Positions 46,122-55,835 of a stretch of 64,000 bases of DNA are shown one piece after another. The position numbers and the translations under genes are program-made. This stretch comes from Candidatus Omnitrophota bacterium. GTDB taxonomy: Bacteria > Omnitrophota > Gorgyraeia > Zapsychrales > Zapsychraceae. Every line of letters starts with the position of its first letter. Position 1 is the stretch's first letter. The DNA lies in contig JAFGFL010000062.1 in assembly GCA_016931055.1 (NCBI GenBank), positions 17,451-81,450 on the forward strand, given 5' to 3'. The notes under the pieces are model-generated. The model did no database searches. It saw only the letters and a program-made list of their open reading frames with translations, and was not told where the DNA came from.

Positions 46122-46197
46122 TTCAGGTGATGCTCATTTCGTTCAAATCGCCCCTCGTCCCTCGGGGCTCCATTTCACTCCATGAGCATCACCTGAA
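46122..46197. repeat. 16-bp perfect inverted repeat enclosing a 44-nt GC hairpin
   Basis: TTCAGGTGATGCTCAT (46122-46137) pairs with ATGAGCATCACCTGAA (46182-46197). The interior contains AAATCGCCCC...GGGGCTCCATTT. Confidence 0.75.
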
Positions 46198-46202
46198 ATT
46201 TT

Positions 46203-46946
46203 TCATCTTTTCTTTAATTGCTCAATTTCAATTTGGCTAAGCAGTCGCCATTGCCCAATTTTTAACGCCCCTAAGACAAGCGGGCCTTGCGCGAGCCTTT
46301 TTAAATAAATGACCTTGTGCCCGGCAGAAGCGAACATGAGCCGTATTTGGCGCTTGCGGCCTTCGTGAATAGTGATCGCCAACTCCGTCTTGTCTTTGAG
46401 GACCTTAACATCCTTGATCCTGCACGCGGAAGTCTTCTTGCCTTCGATGACGACTCCCTGCTCTAACCGTTTCTTACGATCTTCCTCCAGCCGCCCCGTG
46501 ATCCTGGCAAAATACGTTTTATCCACGTTGAATTTCGGATGCGTCAGCCGGTAAGCTGCATCGCCGTCATTCGTTAAAAGCAGAAGCCCTTCAGTGTCCC
46601 TGTCCAAGCGACCCGCTGGAGACAAATGCCTGAATTTGCCAGGCAGCAAATCCAATATTGTTTTTTCCGCGTGCCGGTCGGATTTCGTTGTCGTATAACC
46701 GGCCGGTTTATTCAAAACAACATAATCATATTCCTTGCCCTGAATCCGCTTGCCGTCAACAAACACCTGATCGCGGCTGGCATCAACGGACGTTGACGGT
46801 TCACGGCATACTTGGCCGTTCAACTCAACGCGGCCTTCCTGAATAATATCCATCGCCCGTCGGCGGGAACAGACGCCGTTATGTGACAAAAACACCTGCA
46901 GTCGCAGTTTATTTGGTTCTTTGCCGGATAGCTTCATAAAGCACAA
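46203..46946 (-). CDS. rRNA pseudouridine synthase (RsuA/RluB family)
   Basis: N-terminal S4 domain (RLQVFLSHNGVCSRR) and catalytic motif GRLDRDTEGLLLLTNDG. Confidence 0.85.
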   Translation of the reverse strand: MCFMKLSGKEPNKLRLQVFLSHNGVCSRRRAMDIIQEGRVELNGQVCREPSTSVDASRDQVFVDGKRIQGKEYDYVVLNKPAGYTTTKSDRHAEKTILDLLPGKFRHLSPAGRLDRDTEGLLLLTNDGDAAYRLTHPKFNVDKTYFARITGRLEEDRKKRLEQGVVIEGKKTSACRIKDVKVLKDKTELAITIHEGRKRQIRLMFASAGHKVIYLKRLAQGPLVLGALKIGQWRLLSQIEIEQLKKR

Positions 46947-47715
46947 TCGCTGCTGAGACAGACACGTTTAAGGAATCGGCAAACCCGCGCATCGGGATAT
47001 TAACCTTAAGGTCCGCGTGATCGGCCCAAAAGCCGGTTAACCCCTCCTGCTCGCTGCCGACCACAAGCGCCAGGGCGCCGGTTAAATTTGCCTTCGTGTA
47101 AACGTCTTTTGCTTCGGGCAGTGTCGCGCAGATTTTTACGCTGTTTGACCTTAGAAACTCCAGCGTCTCTGCGTTTGAAGAGACCGCCGTCTTGACAGAA
47201 AAAATCGTCCCAAGGCTGGCGCGGATCACGTTGGGGTTGTAAATGTCCGTCTTCCCGTCGCAGATGATCACCCCGTCAACGCCCGCTCCATCACAGGTCC
47301 GCAGGATCGCCCCTAAATTCCCGGGCTTCTCGACACCTTCGACGATAACAAAAAGGGGATGCCCCCTTGGCGCGAGATCCTTCACAGTGAAGAGCGAAGC
47401 TTCACAGACCGCTAAAAGTCCCTCACCGCGGTCGCCGTAAGAAATTTTTGAGAACACCGCCTCGGTCGTTTCATAAACAGGGATTTTCTTAAAGGAAATA
47501 TTCCCGGCCAGCGCAAGCGCGTCTTTGGCCCCCTTCAACAATGGATGGCAGACATAGAGCTCTTTGAAAACGACTTTTGCCTCAAAGGCCCGGGCGACCT
47601 CACGCGCCCCTTCCACAATCGTCAAGCCGTCTTCCGTTCTTTGCTTGCGGTTGCGAAGCTGGACAACACGTTTGACTTTAGAATTCGTTAAACTCGTGAT
47701 TTTATCGTAAGGCAT
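46909..47715 (-). CDS. TrmH/SpoU-family RNA 2'-O-methyltransferase
   Basis: SpoU motifs NLGAILRT, LVVGSEQEGL and SLNVSVSAAIVLYE. Confidence 0.85.
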   Translation of the reverse strand: MPYDKITSLTNSKVKRVVQLRNRKQRTEDGLTIVEGAREVARAFEAKVVFKELYVCHPLLKGAKDALALAGNISFKKIPVYETTEAVFSKISYGDRGEGLLAVCEASLFTVKDLAPRGHPLFVIVEGVEKPGNLGAILRTCDGAGVDGVIICDGKTDIYNPNVIRASLGTIFSVKTAVSSNAETLEFLRSNSVKICATLPEAKDVYTKANLTGALALVVGSEQEGLTGFWADHADLKVNIPMRGFADSLNVSVSAAIVLYEAIRQRTK

Positions 47716-48904
47716 CTTTGAGGACCTTCCCTATTTCCTTATTTAACCGGAAATTCTCTGTGCGCCATGACTGCGCCATCGCCTTACGATGTTCCGGCCA
47801 ATGCTGTTTATAGGTATCCCATCCGGTCAGCGGCCCCGGCCGGTTGACCCACGGCGGATTTTCCACATAACTGTAAAGGCCATCCGGGAAAATCCCTCCC
47901 TTAACGGCCTTGTACGTCCAATAGGTCCAGTGAAAACCGTAATCATTGAAACATTTTAAAATATCGGCAAGCCAGCGGTCTTCGCCGGACATCCCGCCGC
48001 AGACGTTGACGCCGAACTCTCCGGCAAACATCGGGACATTCCTCTTCTGCGATATATCCAGATAACGCGAGAGATTCCGCCGGATCTTCGTTTCATTCCA
48101 TCCGCCTCGTGCCGGCTTGAGAGGGTAAGACAAATTCTTGACAAAATTAAACACAAACTCAAGAGGTTCGTAATTATGGATACTTAAAGCATAATTATCA
48201 TCGTCGTATTCTTCCAGGCACTCCACGTCGGTGGCCCACGTGTTGCCCTCAATGAACAAAATGTGGTTCTTGTCGATGCCCCTGATCCTTTTGATCATCT
48301 GTTGATAAAACCGGTTCAGAAGTCCTGTGTCCTTTAAAACAGATTCGTTCAGAAGGTCATAACCGGCAATACAGTCTTCATCCCTGTAACGGTCAGCGAG
48401 GAATTCCCAAAGAGCCCAAGCGCGCTCCTGGTTCTTCCTTTTTGTCCACAATTCGGCCTTGCCCAAACTGTCTGAGTGCCAATCACAGTTTTGCGCTCCC
48501 GGCGCCGCGTGCAGATCAAGGATCAGCCAAATTTTGTATTGGCGGGCCCATCGGACCGCCTGGTCAAGGAAACGGGTCCCGTGTTTGTCATAGCGAAACG
48601 GCGCTTTCTCGACCAGCCGTCCATTGAACGGCAGGCGGATGCAATTAAACCCTAACCGCGAAATGTTCTTAAAATCCCCTTCCGTGATGAAATGGCTGCG
48701 GAACGCGTCCTCAAACGCATGAAGGGCATTCTTTCCCAGCGCATCGGCAAATTCTTTTTTGAATTTCTGCTCAGGGTAATTCGGGGCATGAAGGATGTAG
48801 GCCTCCATCATCAGCCATCCGCCCAAATTGACCCCTCTGAGAAAAACCGGCTTCTTGTCTTCAGTAACAATCCTCGTTTTGTCCGTCTTAAGAAAGTTTT
48901 TCAT
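47702..48904 (-). CDS. glycoside hydrolase family 5 protein (no signal peptide)
   Basis: RGVNLGGWLMME, NCIRLPF and DLLNES (catalytic NE) motifs. Confidence 0.8.
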   Translation of the reverse strand: MKNFLKTDKTRIVTEDKKPVFLRGVNLGGWLMMEAYILHAPNYPEQKFKKEFADALGKNALHAFEDAFRSHFITEGDFKNISRLGFNCIRLPFNGRLVEKAPFRYDKHGTRFLDQAVRWARQYKIWLILDLHAAPGAQNCDWHSDSLGKAELWTKRKNQERAWALWEFLADRYRDEDCIAGYDLLNESVLKDTGLLNRFYQQMIKRIRGIDKNHILFIEGNTWATDVECLEEYDDDNYALSIHNYEPLEFVFNFVKNLSYPLKPARGGWNETKIRRNLSRYLDISQKRNVPMFAGEFGVNVCGGMSGEDRWLADILKCFNDYGFHWTYWTYKAVKGGIFPDGLYSYVENPPWVNRPGPLTGWDTYKQHWPEHRKAMAQSWRTENFRLNKEIGKVLKDALR

Positions 48905-49707
48905 TCGATCAGTCCTTGTTCCTTTAAGAATTGTCTAATTCCATCCCTGACCTTGTCCTCATCATAAATATAGCCGTCATTGTGGTCGCCGCGGATCTCG
49001 ATAAACGCTTTAGGCCCCGGCGCCGCATCATAGAGCTTCTTGCCTAATGCGATGGGAACCATCGTATCCTCAACGCTGTGGATAAAAAGTTTTGGGATCA
49101 TTACGTCTTTGATCTTTGTCTGTGAATCCAATTTCGTCCCGATCAAGAACGCCGGGACAAAAGGATAGATGATTTTGGCGATATCCACAGCCGAACTGAA
49201 CGTCGAATCAACAATCAGACAAGTTAACGGCCTTTTGGCCGCAAGATCAACGGCAACGGCGCCGCCCAAAGACGAGCCGTAACCGATCACTTTTTGTCCC
49301 TTGAGATCTTCCCGCGCTCTCAAATAATCATAAGCGGCAAGCGCGTCTTTATAGACCCCTCTTTCCGTCGGATATCCTTCACTGTTCCCATATCCGCGGT
49401 AATCAATGATCAGGATATTCAGGCCCATCCGGTGAAAAAGGCCGATCTTCCCCAAACGGTCGCCGATGTTGCCGGCATTGCCGTGCAGAAAAATCAGGGT
49501 GCTGCTGGCCGCAGGGGCCTTGATCAGCCAGCCGTGAATCTTAATATGATCTTTTGTCTGGATAAAAACATCCTCAAAAGGAAGGCCCAATTCGCCAGGT
49601 GTGGCCAATAGCGGCCGGCTGGGGAAGAAAACACTCTTGCGTTCAAGATACCGGATATAAACGACAAATACGACAATAATGACGATTAAGTGAAGGATGA
49701 TTTTCAT
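48901..49707 (-). CDS. membrane-anchored alpha/beta hydrolase
   Basis: N-terminal TM helix, HGNAGN, nucleophile elbow GSSLGG, and C-terminal D/H residues. Confidence 0.8.
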   Translation of the reverse strand: MKIILHLIVIIVVFVVYIRYLERKSVFFPSRPLLATPGELGLPFEDVFIQTKDHIKIHGWLIKAPAASSTLIFLHGNAGNIGDRLGKIGLFHRMGLNILIIDYRGYGNSEGYPTERGVYKDALAAYDYLRAREDLKGQKVIGYGSSLGGAVAVDLAAKRPLTCLIVDSTFSSAVDIAKIIYPFVPAFLIGTKLDSQTKIKDVMIPKLFIHSVEDTMVPIALGKKLYDAAPGPKAFIEIRGDHNDGYIYDEDKVRDGIRQFLKEQGLIE

Positions 49708-49746
49708 ATCGTTGACAGAAACCCTTAAAACAAAAGAAAAATTATT

Positions 49747-49843
49747 TTAGCGCTAATAATCGCAAATCCAACGCGAATTTACGCAAATATCAGTACCGAT
49801 TATTCGCGACCATCAGCGTGTAATTCGCGACTATTCGCGTTAA
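49747..49843. repeat. 97-bp CGCGAAT/ATTCGCG palindromic repeat, copy B
   Basis: TTAGCGCTAAT...ATTTACGCAAATATCAGTAC...ATTCGCGTTAA, which aligns with 43694-43789. Confidence 0.75.
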
Positions 49844-49871
49844 AACGAAAGAATAAATCAATCCTGCTCAA

Positions 49872-50945
49872 TCAGACATTGAACCGGACATGCATAATAT
49901 CGCCGTCTTCGACAATATAATCCTTGCCCTTAAGCATGACCTTTCCCGCTTCTTTTAATTTCGTCTCGCTGCCCAGCTCAAAAAGTTCACTGGTTTTCAT
50001 GACCTCGGCCCTGATGAAGCCGCGCTGCAGGTCCGTATGGATCGCGCCGGCGGCGTCAGGGGCCAGGGTGTTTCTTTTGACGGTCCAGGCGCGGACCTCA
50101 TCCTCCCCGACCGTAAAAAAAGAAATCAGGCCCAAGGCCTCAAAACATAACGCGCTTAACTGGTTGAGGGCCGATTCCGTGATATTCAGATCTTTGAGGA
50201 ATGTCTCCTGCTCCCCGGCGTCAAGGGAGGCGAGTTCGGACTCGATCTTGGCCGAAATCTGCATGACCTTCGTCCCATAGTTCTTGTATTTCGCCTTGAC
50301 TTGCTCCAAAAGGGCCGTGTCCGCGATTTTGCCGTCGTCAACATTTAAGACAATGATGACCGGCTTGCGGGTCAGGAATTGATAGCTCGACATGAGTTTG
50401 CGGTCATCCGCGTCCATCGGGAAATTGATCAAAGGCAGATTGTCATCCAAAAGTTTTTTCATCCCATCCAGGATCTCTTTTTCTTTGCCCTGACCCGGAT
50501 TAGTCGCGCCTTTTTTCTGGTCCAAAGCGATCCGTTCAATCCTTTTTTCCGTTAAAATGAGGTCGCCTAAAATCAGCTCGGAATAAACGTTCTGAATGTC
50601 CCGCAGGGGGTCAACGCTGCCGTCCACATGGAACACCGACTCGTCGCTAAAGGCGCGGACGATATGGCAGAGGGCGTCGCATTTCTCCAGGGACTTTAAG
50701 AATTCCCCGCTTGAGACCGTTTCTTTGTCGAATTTCGGCATCACAATGACATCGATGGCCGCCGGAACACTGCGCCTGGGCTTATACATTTCCACCAGAC
50801 GGTCAAAACGGTTATCCCGAATCCTGGCAGACCCGATTTTGACTTCCTGGCCTGCCCCATGTCCTTCCGGGAGTTTCCCGCCCGTGAGCAATTCAAACAA
50901 TGTTTTTTTCCCGACTTGGGGTAATCCGATAATTCCGATTTTCAT
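49872..50945 (-). CDS. ychF: redox-regulated ATPase YchF
   Basis: G1 motif GLPQVGKKT and a C-terminal TGS-like domain ...DGDIMHVRFNV. Confidence 0.9.
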   Translation of the reverse strand: MKIGIIGLPQVGKKTLFELLTGGKLPEGHGAGQEVKIGSARIRDNRFDRLVEMYKPRRSVPAAIDVIVMPKFDKETVSSGEFLKSLEKCDALCHIVRAFSDESVFHVDGSVDPLRDIQNVYSELILGDLILTEKRIERIALDQKKGATNPGQGKEKEILDGMKKLLDDNLPLINFPMDADDRKLMSSYQFLTRKPVIIVLNVDDGKIADTALLEQVKAKYKNYGTKVMQISAKIESELASLDAGEQETFLKDLNITESALNQLSALCFEALGLISFFTVGEDEVRAWTVKRNTLAPDAAGAIHTDLQRGFIRAEVMKTSELFELGSETKLKEAGKVMLKGKDYIVEDGDIMHVRFNV

Positions 50946-50963
50946 AAGAGTTTATCCGCTCAA

Positions 50964-51389
50964 TTAACTTAGGTGTTGTTCATTCCTGATTTCCGAGGGA
51001 GACTTGCGCTGCGGAATCAGGCCGGCCATCAGCTTGATGGCTATGAGAATTCGATCAACCGAGCACGGCTTGACAAGATAGTGCTCAGCTTCCAAGGAAA
51101 GTCCTTTTTTTACATCATCCATTTCCCCCCTCGCGGAAACAATGATCACCGGCTGCCATTTCTCTTCCGGCGGATGCTCCCGCAATTCCTGCAAAACCTC
51201 AAAGCCGTTCTTTTTGGGCATGTTCAGGTCAAGGACAATGATATCCGGCGATTCATTCCGGATCTTCTGCCACGCTTCCTCACCGTCAGCCGCCGAAATA
51301 ACGGCATAGCCCCGTTCGGCGATCTTCTTGGTCATGATCTTTAGGATCTCGGGCTCATCATCAGCAACAAGGATTTTTAAATTCTGCAT
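50964..51389 (-). CDS. stand-alone response regulator receiver protein
   Basis: KILVADDEP...DIIVLDLNMP...K receiver motifs. The start is at MQNLKIL, with GGAG 6 nt upstream. Confidence 0.8.
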   Translation of the reverse strand: MQNLKILVADDEPEILKIMTKKIAERGYAVISAADGEEAWQKIRNESPDIIVLDLNMPKKNGFEVLQELREHPPEEKWQPVIIVSARGEMDDVKKGLSLEAEHYLVKPCSVDRILIAIKLMAGLIPQRKSPSEIRNEQHLS

Positions 51390-51425
51390 TATTTCTCCAT
51401 TAAATGACGATCGTAACGTGTCCGT

Positions 51426-51470
51426 CCTCAACTTAACTTGCTGGCGGATCCGCCTTCAAGTTAAGTTGAG
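51426..51470. repeat. 15-bp perfect palindromic hairpin
   Basis: CCTCAACTTAACTTG-[CTGGCGGATCCGCCTT]-CAAGTTAAGTTGAGG. The loop itself contains GGCGGATCCGCC. Confidence 0.75.
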
Positions 51471-51492
51471 GGCGAGACCTCGCCAAATTTAT

Positions 51493-51972
51493 CTAAATTT
51501 GGCGGGCCGAAGAATAATCTTTAAGGTCATATTTAATCTCGGTAGACGGCATCGCATGTTTATCGATCGTAACCCCGGCCTTGGCAAAGAATCCCGTGGC
51601 CAACGTGTCGTGATATTCCGAAAAGACAACGACCCGCTTGATCCCCGCTGTAATGAGCGCCTTCGCGCAGGTCGTGCACGGCATGTTCGTGACATAAGCC
51701 GTCGCCCCATCGATCGCATGCCCGCGCTTGGCCGCCTGGACCAGCGCGTTCATCTCGGCGTGAACCGTGCGGACGCAATGATTGTCGACCACCAAGCATT
51801 CATCATCTTCGCAATGGACATCGCCGGGGATCGACCCGTTATAACCGGTCGAGACAACATTCTTATCTTTGACCAGGACGCAGCCGCAGTGCATACGCGG
51901 ACACGTCGCGCGCTCAGAGGCCAGCATGGCCAGCTTCAGGAAATATTCATCCCAATCGGGTCTTTTCTGCAT
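51493..51972 (-). CDS. deoxycytidylate (dCMP) deaminase
   Basis: Zinc motifs HAEMNA and PCTTCAKAL. Confidence 0.9.
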   Translation of the reverse strand: MQKRPDWDEYFLKLAMLASERATCPRMHCGCVLVKDKNVVSTGYNGSIPGDVHCEDDECLVVDNHCVRTVHAEMNALVQAAKRGHAIDGATAYVTNMPCTTCAKALITAGIKRVVVFSEYHDTLATGFFAKAGVTIDKHAMPSTEIKYDLKDYSSARQI

Positions 51973-52074
51973 TTTCGATCCTCCAAACTCTATACGCTAA
52001 CGGGTATGTTCCTGTTACCATAACAGGAATAAATTTAAAATTCAATAGCTTTGGGGCTTTGGGGCTTTGTGTCT

Positions 52075-53274
52075 TTAAAGCTCTTTGCCGGATATGCGTC
52101 TTAAGATCCGCCTGACGCCCTCCTGGAAAATCTGTCCCGAAGGCAAAAGGCTCATGACAATAAAAGCTTCCCGGTCGAAATCAAAGAAATATCCCGGATG
52201 AACAAAAATATGGTCTTTGTTCAAGAACGCCAACACCCACTCTTCCTCATTGAACGTGTCGGGGATCCTCACGACCGCATACCAGCCGCCCTCCGCCGGA
52301 AGGAGTTCACAGTCACGCGTTTTTCCCGTTTCCTTCTTTAAAAAAGCAAAATTCTGCCTTAGGCGCAGATTGATCTCTTTCTGGATTTCTTTTCTGCGGG
52401 AAAGCCATGACGCAAGGGCGTTCTCGACCGGCGTATTGACCGAAAGATATGTGTCCGCAATAACCTCAAGTCGCGAACCTGCTTTTTTGACTAATCCTTC
52501 AGGCCCGTTGATAACGATCCAGGACAGTTTCATTTGCGGCAGGCCCAGCGTCTTGGAAATGCCCCCCAGGACAAACGTGAGGACCTGGTCATTATCGACA
52601 AGGCTGAAGCGGCCTTGGCCCTTATCAAAACTAAAGTCCGTAAACACTTCATCGCAGACTAGCGCGGTATTATGAAGCCCGCAAAGCACGTTCAACTCCT
52701 CTAGTTCCTGCCGCTTGACAAATGACCCCGTTGGATTATTGGGGCTGACCAGGACAAAGGCCCTTGTGTCAGCGCAAAAGAGCCCCTGCACGGCTTGAAG
52801 ATCAATGCCCCATTTCCCATCATAGACAAGCGGATAATTTTCCATGCGCACGTCATTCAAATTTCCCAAAAAAGAGAATAACGGGTAACTCGGACAAGGA
52901 AAAAGGACGTGGTCGCTCGGATTGGCCAAAAGGCGGAAGAGATAAGAATAGGCCTCCGACGTGCTCGCCGTCAAAAAAATCCTTTCCGGAGAGACCCTGG
53001 AACCTTTTTCCTCATAATATCGGCTCACGGCTTCCCTGGCCCTGAAATCTCCCCGGGCCGAAGGCTTATAATCCAGGCTGCGTTTATCCGATAAAGGTTT
53101 AAGAACGCTTTCTTGCGAATAATGGAAGCCGCAATGAGTTGGATTGGACTCCGTCAAGTCCAAAAGGAGCTCCCCCTTTTCGCGAAGGCATTGTAAATCG
53201 ACCGTCAGCCTGTTGGACTCCAAAGGCCAATTGGTCCGGCGCGAAAATAAAAACGGTTCTATCGTGGTTCCCAC
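52075..53274 (-). CDS. PLP-dependent aminotransferase (class I/II)
   Basis: SPNNPTG and GGISKTLGLPQMKLSW (PLP lysine) motifs. Confidence 0.8.
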   Translation of the reverse strand: MGTTIEPFLFSRRTNWPLESNRLTVDLQCLREKGELLLDLTESNPTHCGFHYSQESVLKPLSDKRSLDYKPSARGDFRAREAVSRYYEEKGSRVSPERIFLTASTSEAYSYLFRLLANPSDHVLFPCPSYPLFSFLGNLNDVRMENYPLVYDGKWGIDLQAVQGLFCADTRAFVLVSPNNPTGSFVKRQELEELNVLCGLHNTALVCDEVFTDFSFDKGQGRFSLVDNDQVLTFVLGGISKTLGLPQMKLSWIVINGPEGLVKKAGSRLEVIADTYLSVNTPVENALASWLSRRKEIQKEINLRLRQNFAFLKKETGKTRDCELLPAEGGWYAVVRIPDTFNEEEWVLAFLNKDHIFVHPGYFFDFDREAFIVMSLLPSGQIFQEGVRRILRRISGKEL

Positions 53275-53287
53275 AGTTCTATCCCTT

Positions 53288-53980
53288 TCACTGTTGTTTC
53301 GTTTCCCTTTCCATCCTGCGTAATTCTTTTTCCCTTTCCGCCAGCAATCCCGTCACGCGGTCATATTCCGATTTGGCGATCCACTGCGCGTCATCGCTCT
53401 TTTTAGACAATTCAGCCGCTTCTTTCTTCAATTGCGCCATTTCTTTGGCGTTATTCTCGTTTCTTTCTTTCAGCCGGGCATTCTCCATCTCGACGCCCCG
53501 GCAGTGGTCACTGAGGGAATCGTTTTGCTGTTTCAGGTCCTTGAATTCCCGCTCCTGCCGGATGCTCAGCGCGTGCTCTCTTGAAAAACTTTCCTGAATT
53601 TTTTCTAATTCCGTCTTCAACTGGCGGAACTCGTTTTCTCTTTTATCAACGCCGGTCTGTTCCTTCTTATGCCATTCACGCTCCTGGGACATTTTTTCCT
53701 GGAGTTTCTTCACTCTCACCCGCTCGACCATCAATATCTTCTCGCTCTCCTTCTCTTTTTTCTGCAAAGCGAGGATCTTCTCCCGCATCAAACGGATATG
53801 CTTGGTGAGTTTGGAAACCTTCTGCTCCAGGTCATTTTTGTGCTGCACCAACTCTTCCTGAAGCCTTAGGTCCTTCTTCTTTTCTTTCTTTTCGCCAGGA
53901 ATCAAGAAAATGATCCCGAGCAAAACAATAATCAGAACGACGCCCGCCCCTAATAAAACCTCAACGGTCCAATATTCCAT
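53288..53980 (-). CDS. membrane-anchored coiled-coil protein (hypothetical)
   Basis: One N-terminal TM helix followed by ~190 aa of Lys/Glu/Gln-rich heptad-like sequence. Confidence 0.6.
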   Translation of the reverse strand: MEYWTVEVLLGAGVVLIIVLLGIIFLIPGEKKEKKKDLRLQEELVQHKNDLEQKVSKLTKHIRLMREKILALQKKEKESEKILMVERVRVKKLQEKMSQEREWHKKEQTGVDKRENEFRQLKTELEKIQESFSREHALSIRQEREFKDLKQQNDSLSDHCRGVEMENARLKERNENNAKEMAQLKKEAAELSKKSDDAQWIAKSEYDRVTGLLAEREKELRRMERETKQQ

Positions 53981-54000
53981 TTTGGCTGAAATCCTATCGT

Positions 54001-55830
54001 TTAAAACGTCATGTCTTGTCTTTTCTTAAGAAAATCCTCAAGATTCCGTCGCGCCGAAACAGACCCGCTGTCTTTCTCGGCGATCGTCCTTAAAAGCGGC
54101 TCCGCTTGATCATAGCGGCCGATCTCTTGATAACACACGGCCAGGCTGTTCATCACCATCAGGTCGCCTTTGTTCAATTCCAGGGACTTCTCAAAATACG
54201 ATATAGCATTCTGAATGTCCCCCACCTTCAAATAACTGAGCCCGATACTATAGTGAACGACCCCATTGTCCGCTTCCAACTCCAAGGCTTTTTTAAATTC
54301 GGCAAGCGCCTCTCCGTTTTTCCCTAAGATATCAAGACAATATCCCAGGTGGTAGTGAATCCCTTTGATGAACCCCCTGTAAAACTCCTTGACCTCTTCC
54401 TTTTGGACTTTCTGTTCATATCCCTTCATGATGGCCAGCGCCTTGCGGTCTTCGAGGACAGCCTCTTCATGCCTGCCCTCCTTCTCATAAGCTTTCGCGA
54501 GCAAAAAGCGGACCCTTCCAAAATCTTTTTGGAATTGAAGTGTCCTTTCAAACAAGGGGATCTCGCCCCGCCAATAGGCGTTCTGTTTCATATTCATCCC
54601 GATAAAGATCGCACAGATGGCTCCGAAGGCAAGAAATCCTACCGGGTAAGAAATTTTTGCTTTTTGTCCCAACCAATAAATACCGGCCCCCATCACGAAA
54701 AAGAGCATGCCCATAAGAGGGAAATACAGAAAGTGCTCCGCCGTGAAAATCTTGGAAAATTCATTAATCAAAGGGACAATGTTTAAGACCGGAGCCAAAG
54801 AAATCATGAACCAGGCCATCCCGAAGGTCATCCATGTTTTATGCGGTCTTGGCGTCCGGATGATCAAAAAAAGAATGACACACGCAACCAATAACATCAC
54901 CAAAAATGGATTTAAAAATGGGAGCAAGATGTCCTGGCTGCGGTAATAATGCAGATCGTGAGGGAAAAATATAAGGCCAAGATAAATCAAAAGGCTCCTG
55001 GGGATGGCCAGGACCCGCATCCATAATTCCCCTTGGTTATCCGCGGGTCGTAACAGGGTAAAGCCGAAAAGCATTTTCCTCAAGAGGAAATACCCGGCCA
55101 GGACAAGCAGGAAACCTCCTATGGGAAGCCAGTATTTCTTAAACGCCTTCCCAAAAAATCCCGACAGAAAACAAAGCTCATGGACAATGATCAAAAGCGG
55201 CAAAACAACGGCCTGCTCCTTTGCCAGCAAGGCCATAAGAAAAAACATCAGGGAGGTCCCGTAAAGAAACACCCTCTTCTTCCCTTCCGCCGAATGCGCC
55301 GAGATCAAATACGCGTAAAAGCTCATCAGGCATAAAAATGCGAAAACGAGATTCGATATCCCGGAAATGCAGGCGACCGCTTCGTTCTGGACCGGGTGAA
55401 GCAGAAACAAAATCGCCGCTGCCAGAGAAAGGCCGTTGAGACCGATGACAAACCGGATGACGAGATAAACAAGAAAACTGTTGAGGATATGAAGCAGGAT
55501 GTTGAAAAAATGAAATCCGTGGGGATTAATCCCTATGATCCTAAACAAAAGCCTGTTGACCAGCTCCAGGACAGGCCGGTAATACTTATTGATGAGGGAA
55601 AGCTTGTTATCGGGATCAGATGCCGGGGAAAAAATTTCTTCCAGGTCAAGGTTTGCCAGATTGGGGTTCTTTTCAAGGAAAACGACGTCATCATGCACAA
55701 ACGGGTGAAAAACGGCATTGGCATAGGAGAGCATCCCCAAGGCTGCCAGAATAAGAATAATATGAGCCGGTTGAAGCCGGTCGATTCCGTTATGAACATT
55801 AGTTAGCAACACAGGGTTCTCACTGATCAC
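54001..55830 (-). CDS. polytopic membrane protein with C-terminal TPR domain (GT-C / TMTC-like putative glycosyltransferase)
   Basis: About 11 TM segments, an FVHDDVVF loop motif and a YYRPV motif, followed by 4-5 TPRs. Confidence 0.65.
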   Translation of the reverse strand: MISENPVLLTNVHNGIDRLQPAHIILILAALGMLSYANAVFHPFVHDDVVFLEKNPNLANLDLEEIFSPASDPDNKLSLINKYYRPVLELVNRLLFRIIGINPHGFHFFNILLHILNSFLVYLVIRFVIGLNGLSLAAAILFLLHPVQNEAVACISGISNLVFAFLCLMSFYAYLISAHSAEGKKRVFLYGTSLMFFLMALLAKEQAVVLPLLIIVHELCFLSGFFGKAFKKYWLPIGGFLLVLAGYFLLRKMLFGFTLLRPADNQGELWMRVLAIPRSLLIYLGLIFFPHDLHYYRSQDILLPFLNPFLVMLLVACVILFLIIRTPRPHKTWMTFGMAWFMISLAPVLNIVPLINEFSKIFTAEHFLYFPLMGMLFFVMGAGIYWLGQKAKISYPVGFLAFGAICAIFIGMNMKQNAYWRGEIPLFERTLQFQKDFGRVRFLLAKAYEKEGRHEEAVLEDRKALAIMKGYEQKVQKEEVKEFYRGFIKGIHYHLGYCLDILGKNGEALAEFKKALELEADNGVVHYSIGLSYLKVGDIQNAISYFEKSLELNKGDLMVMNSLAVCYQEIGRYDQAEPLLRTIAEKDSGSVSARRNLEDFLKKRQDMTF

Positions 55831-55835
55831 GCTTG

